Shown here: positions 63,101 to 64,000 of the stretch, piece after piece
How positions within the stretch are numbered: position 1 is the stretch's first letter
Layout of the letters: each line of letters starts with the position of its first letter
DNA from: Leptogorgia sarmentosa
Lineage: Eukaryota
Assembly (NCBI GenBank): GCA_964658305.1
Contig: OZ210885.1
Location: 13,144,001-13,208,000 of the forward strand
Direction of reading: 5' to 3'
DNA length: 64,000 bases
Position numbers and translations under genes: made by a program
Notes under the pieces: model-generated
Seen by the model: the letters and a program-made list of their open reading frames with translations, nothing else
Database searches by the model: none
What the model was told of the DNA's origin: nothing

Positions 63101-64000
63101 TAAATTTTATCTAAACAGTAGTAAATATATTATAAATTTCAGTAAACTGTTCGGCATTGGAAAACAGCCATAAGTGTGGCTGCTCTACAATTAAACCTAT
63201 GTTTGTATAGTATGTGGTTGGTGAAATTTACGATTTAATAAACGAATATATAATTTGTTACATCAAAACAGCAATAAATTACGTGTATAGGTTACTTGAC
63301 CGTTATTCTACCACTTTAGTTATCAAGCCAACACTAACAGGGACCAGTAGCGAGTCTTACCCAAGCGTTTAAGACGTCACATTACAGAGTTATTTCGCAT
63401 ACTCAAATTAGTAAATTTCGCTATCAACCCCAGTTGGCTCGATACCTATATCTATGTACTTGCACAACAAAGATGAGGGCATACTTTTATGAAATCCCAA
63501 GAAGTAACGAATGAAAACACACGCCTGTGAAACACGCCACAGTAAATTCCACAAAATTACAGTTACTTTTTTTTAGTATTAAAGATCGTTTCGGTGTTTT
63601 TCTATCGTTTACATTGCTGTTTAAGTTGCTATAGGGACGTAATAGTAAAAATGAAAGTCAGCGTTGTAAGCAGAATGTAGCTGATAGGTTAGTTAATGTA
63701 GTTACTTGTCTCAATCATTTATTTTATCGCCGCAATGTTTTGAAAAATACTCCCAATATAGCCACGATGTGAGTGAAAATGATCTATTACACCCTTTTCT
63801 TTACGTGCTATCTTATTTTATAAACAGGGAGAGAAGTTCAACAACTACAGGGACATTCTGGAGTAGTTAGCTGTTTGGCTGTGTCACAAAGTGGAACAAT
63901 ACTAGCGTCAGGGTCGTGGGACGGAAGTACAATCCTTTGGAGAATGGATAGTTATGAACAGCTTTTTGTGTTCCAAGGGAAGAGTAGAGTTAATGCCCTG
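44591..64000 (+). CDS. spliced HEPN-like / coiled-coil / NB-ARC / helical / WD40 STAND NTPase (Apaf-1-like), 3' incomplete
   Basis: Eight GT-AG exons join in phase with no stops: 44591-45188, 46439-46530, 48137-48350, 49408-49745, 50904-51540, 51779-52204, 56492-56737, 63828-64000 (2724 nt, 908 codons). Confidence 0.88.
45449..45579. mobile_element. Tourist/Harbinger-like palindromic MITE
   Basis: TIR GGCCCGTTTTAGACGTCGAATTTCCGTCGC, flanked by TAA on both sides. Confidence 0.85.
46439..46530 (+). CDS. exon 2: short helical linker (not in the ORF track)
   Basis: TTTTCGTTCTTAG acceptor, AAG/GTTTGA donor; 92 nt converts phase 1 to phase 0; reads VSDVFLDGRYLKLLDELRRSGETWQFEADKK. Confidence 0.7.
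48137..48350 (+). CDS. exon 3: coiled coil
   Basis: TTCCAG acceptor, A/GTATGG donor; MDEVVKKLDNLSRLL...IESLHKK heptads. Confidence 0.8.
49408..49745 (+). CDS. exon 4: NB-ARC with Walker A
   Basis: VVGIRGMGGLGKTILA; CCTTAG acceptor, ACA/GTATGT donor. Confidence 0.92.
49829..50037. mobile_element. Harbinger-like MITE in intron 4
   Basis: GCCCGTTTTCACTC versus GAGCGGAAAACGGGC, followed by TTA. Confidence 0.55.
50904..51540 (+). CDS. exon 5: NB-ARC Walker B, sensor, GLPL and winged helix
   Basis: CLVVLDDVW, LLITTR, CKGLPLAL, IFPED. Confidence 0.93.
51779..52204 (+). CDS. exon 6: MHD-like motif plus APAF1-type helical domain
   Basis: YRVHDLLLDF, YYFKFLPYH, LFFDLNWLQQK. Confidence 0.9.
52616..53201. 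mobile_element. Tc1/mariner-type MITE with about 210-bp TIRs
   Basis: TA-CAGGGTGTCTCAAAAAAAAGG ... TTTTTTGAGACACCCTG-TA. Confidence 0.9.
56217..56336. mobile_element. Tourist-like palindromic MITE
   Basis: GGCCTAGGTCAAACGTCGAACTTTTCATG inverted at the right end; TAA/TTA flanks. Confidence 0.8.
56492..56737 (+). CDS. exon 7: helical domain end and first degenerate WD40
   Basis: Joins QLL-GRL; ICGLMDGSISVLDQETG; TTTTCCAG acceptor, CAG/GTATGC donor. Confidence 0.85.
57000..57510. mobile_element. hairpin-containing non-autonomous element
   Basis: About 190-bp imperfect palindrome at 57316-57503 centred on GGCTACGCC; GTGCATTATAACAGC repeated at 57047. Confidence 0.6.
59382..60213. mobile_element. 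mariner-type foldback element (near-perfect approximately 390-bp inverted arms)
   Basis: TA-flanked C(T/C)GGGTGTCCCAAAAAAAAGTACC ends; mirrored ORFs on both strands; transposase C-terminus RARKCVDAGGHQF. Confidence 0.9.
60610..61125. mobile_element. non-autonomous TIR element with 7-bp TSD, carrying the tRNA-like/telomere-like core
   Basis: About 88-bp TIRs (CA...TG ends); ACAAAAG at 60603-60609 and 61126-61132. Confidence 0.88.
61367..61656. mobile_element. Harbinger-like MITE
   Basis: GTCCACACGTATCCGG versus CCGGATACGTGTGGACAGGGCC. Confidence 0.7.
63828..64000 (+). CDS. exon 8 (partial): WD40 repeat (not in the ORF track)
   Basis: TAAACAG acceptor, phase 1; GREVQQLQGHSGVVSCLAVSQSGTILASGSWDGSTILW. 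Confidence 0.9.

Noticed and set aside
44591..64000. Calling the gene APAF1
   Set aside because: No CARD is present; the N-terminus is a different domain, so orthology is unsupported

Overview
AT-rich eukaryotic genomic DNA. The repeat families and gene style suggest a marine invertebrate, probably a cnidarian (inference). Three zones: (1) 1-14.9 kb is a dense, scrambled cluster of about 30 tRNA genes, pseudogenes and fragments (Val, Asn, His, Glu, Leu, Gln, Trp, Gly, Thr, Ser, Pro, Cys). It is built from direct and inverted segmental duplications and is interrupted by a near-intact 4.8-kb CR1/L2-type LINE (esterase ORF1, in-frame TGA-CTAG junction, APE-RT ORF2 with one frameshift). (2) 15-44 kb is a transposon graveyard: P/THAP9, hAT and LINE ORF1 remnants, hairpin elements, MITEs, a 64-bp minisatellite and a 1.9-kb tandem duplication. 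It also holds a candidate IRF/NF-kB-type promoter near 39.1 kb. (3) 44.6-64 kb is a spliced + strand gene with 8 phase-compatible coding exons (908 codons, running off the window). It encodes an N-terminal HEPN-like domain with an RxxxxH motif, a coiled coil, an intact NB-ARC ATPase, a helical domain and WD40 repeats. This is an Apaf-1-like STAND receptor with a putative RNase in place of the CARD. Its introns carry nested Kolobok, mariner and MITE insertions. All domain and family calls are by eye; no searches were run.
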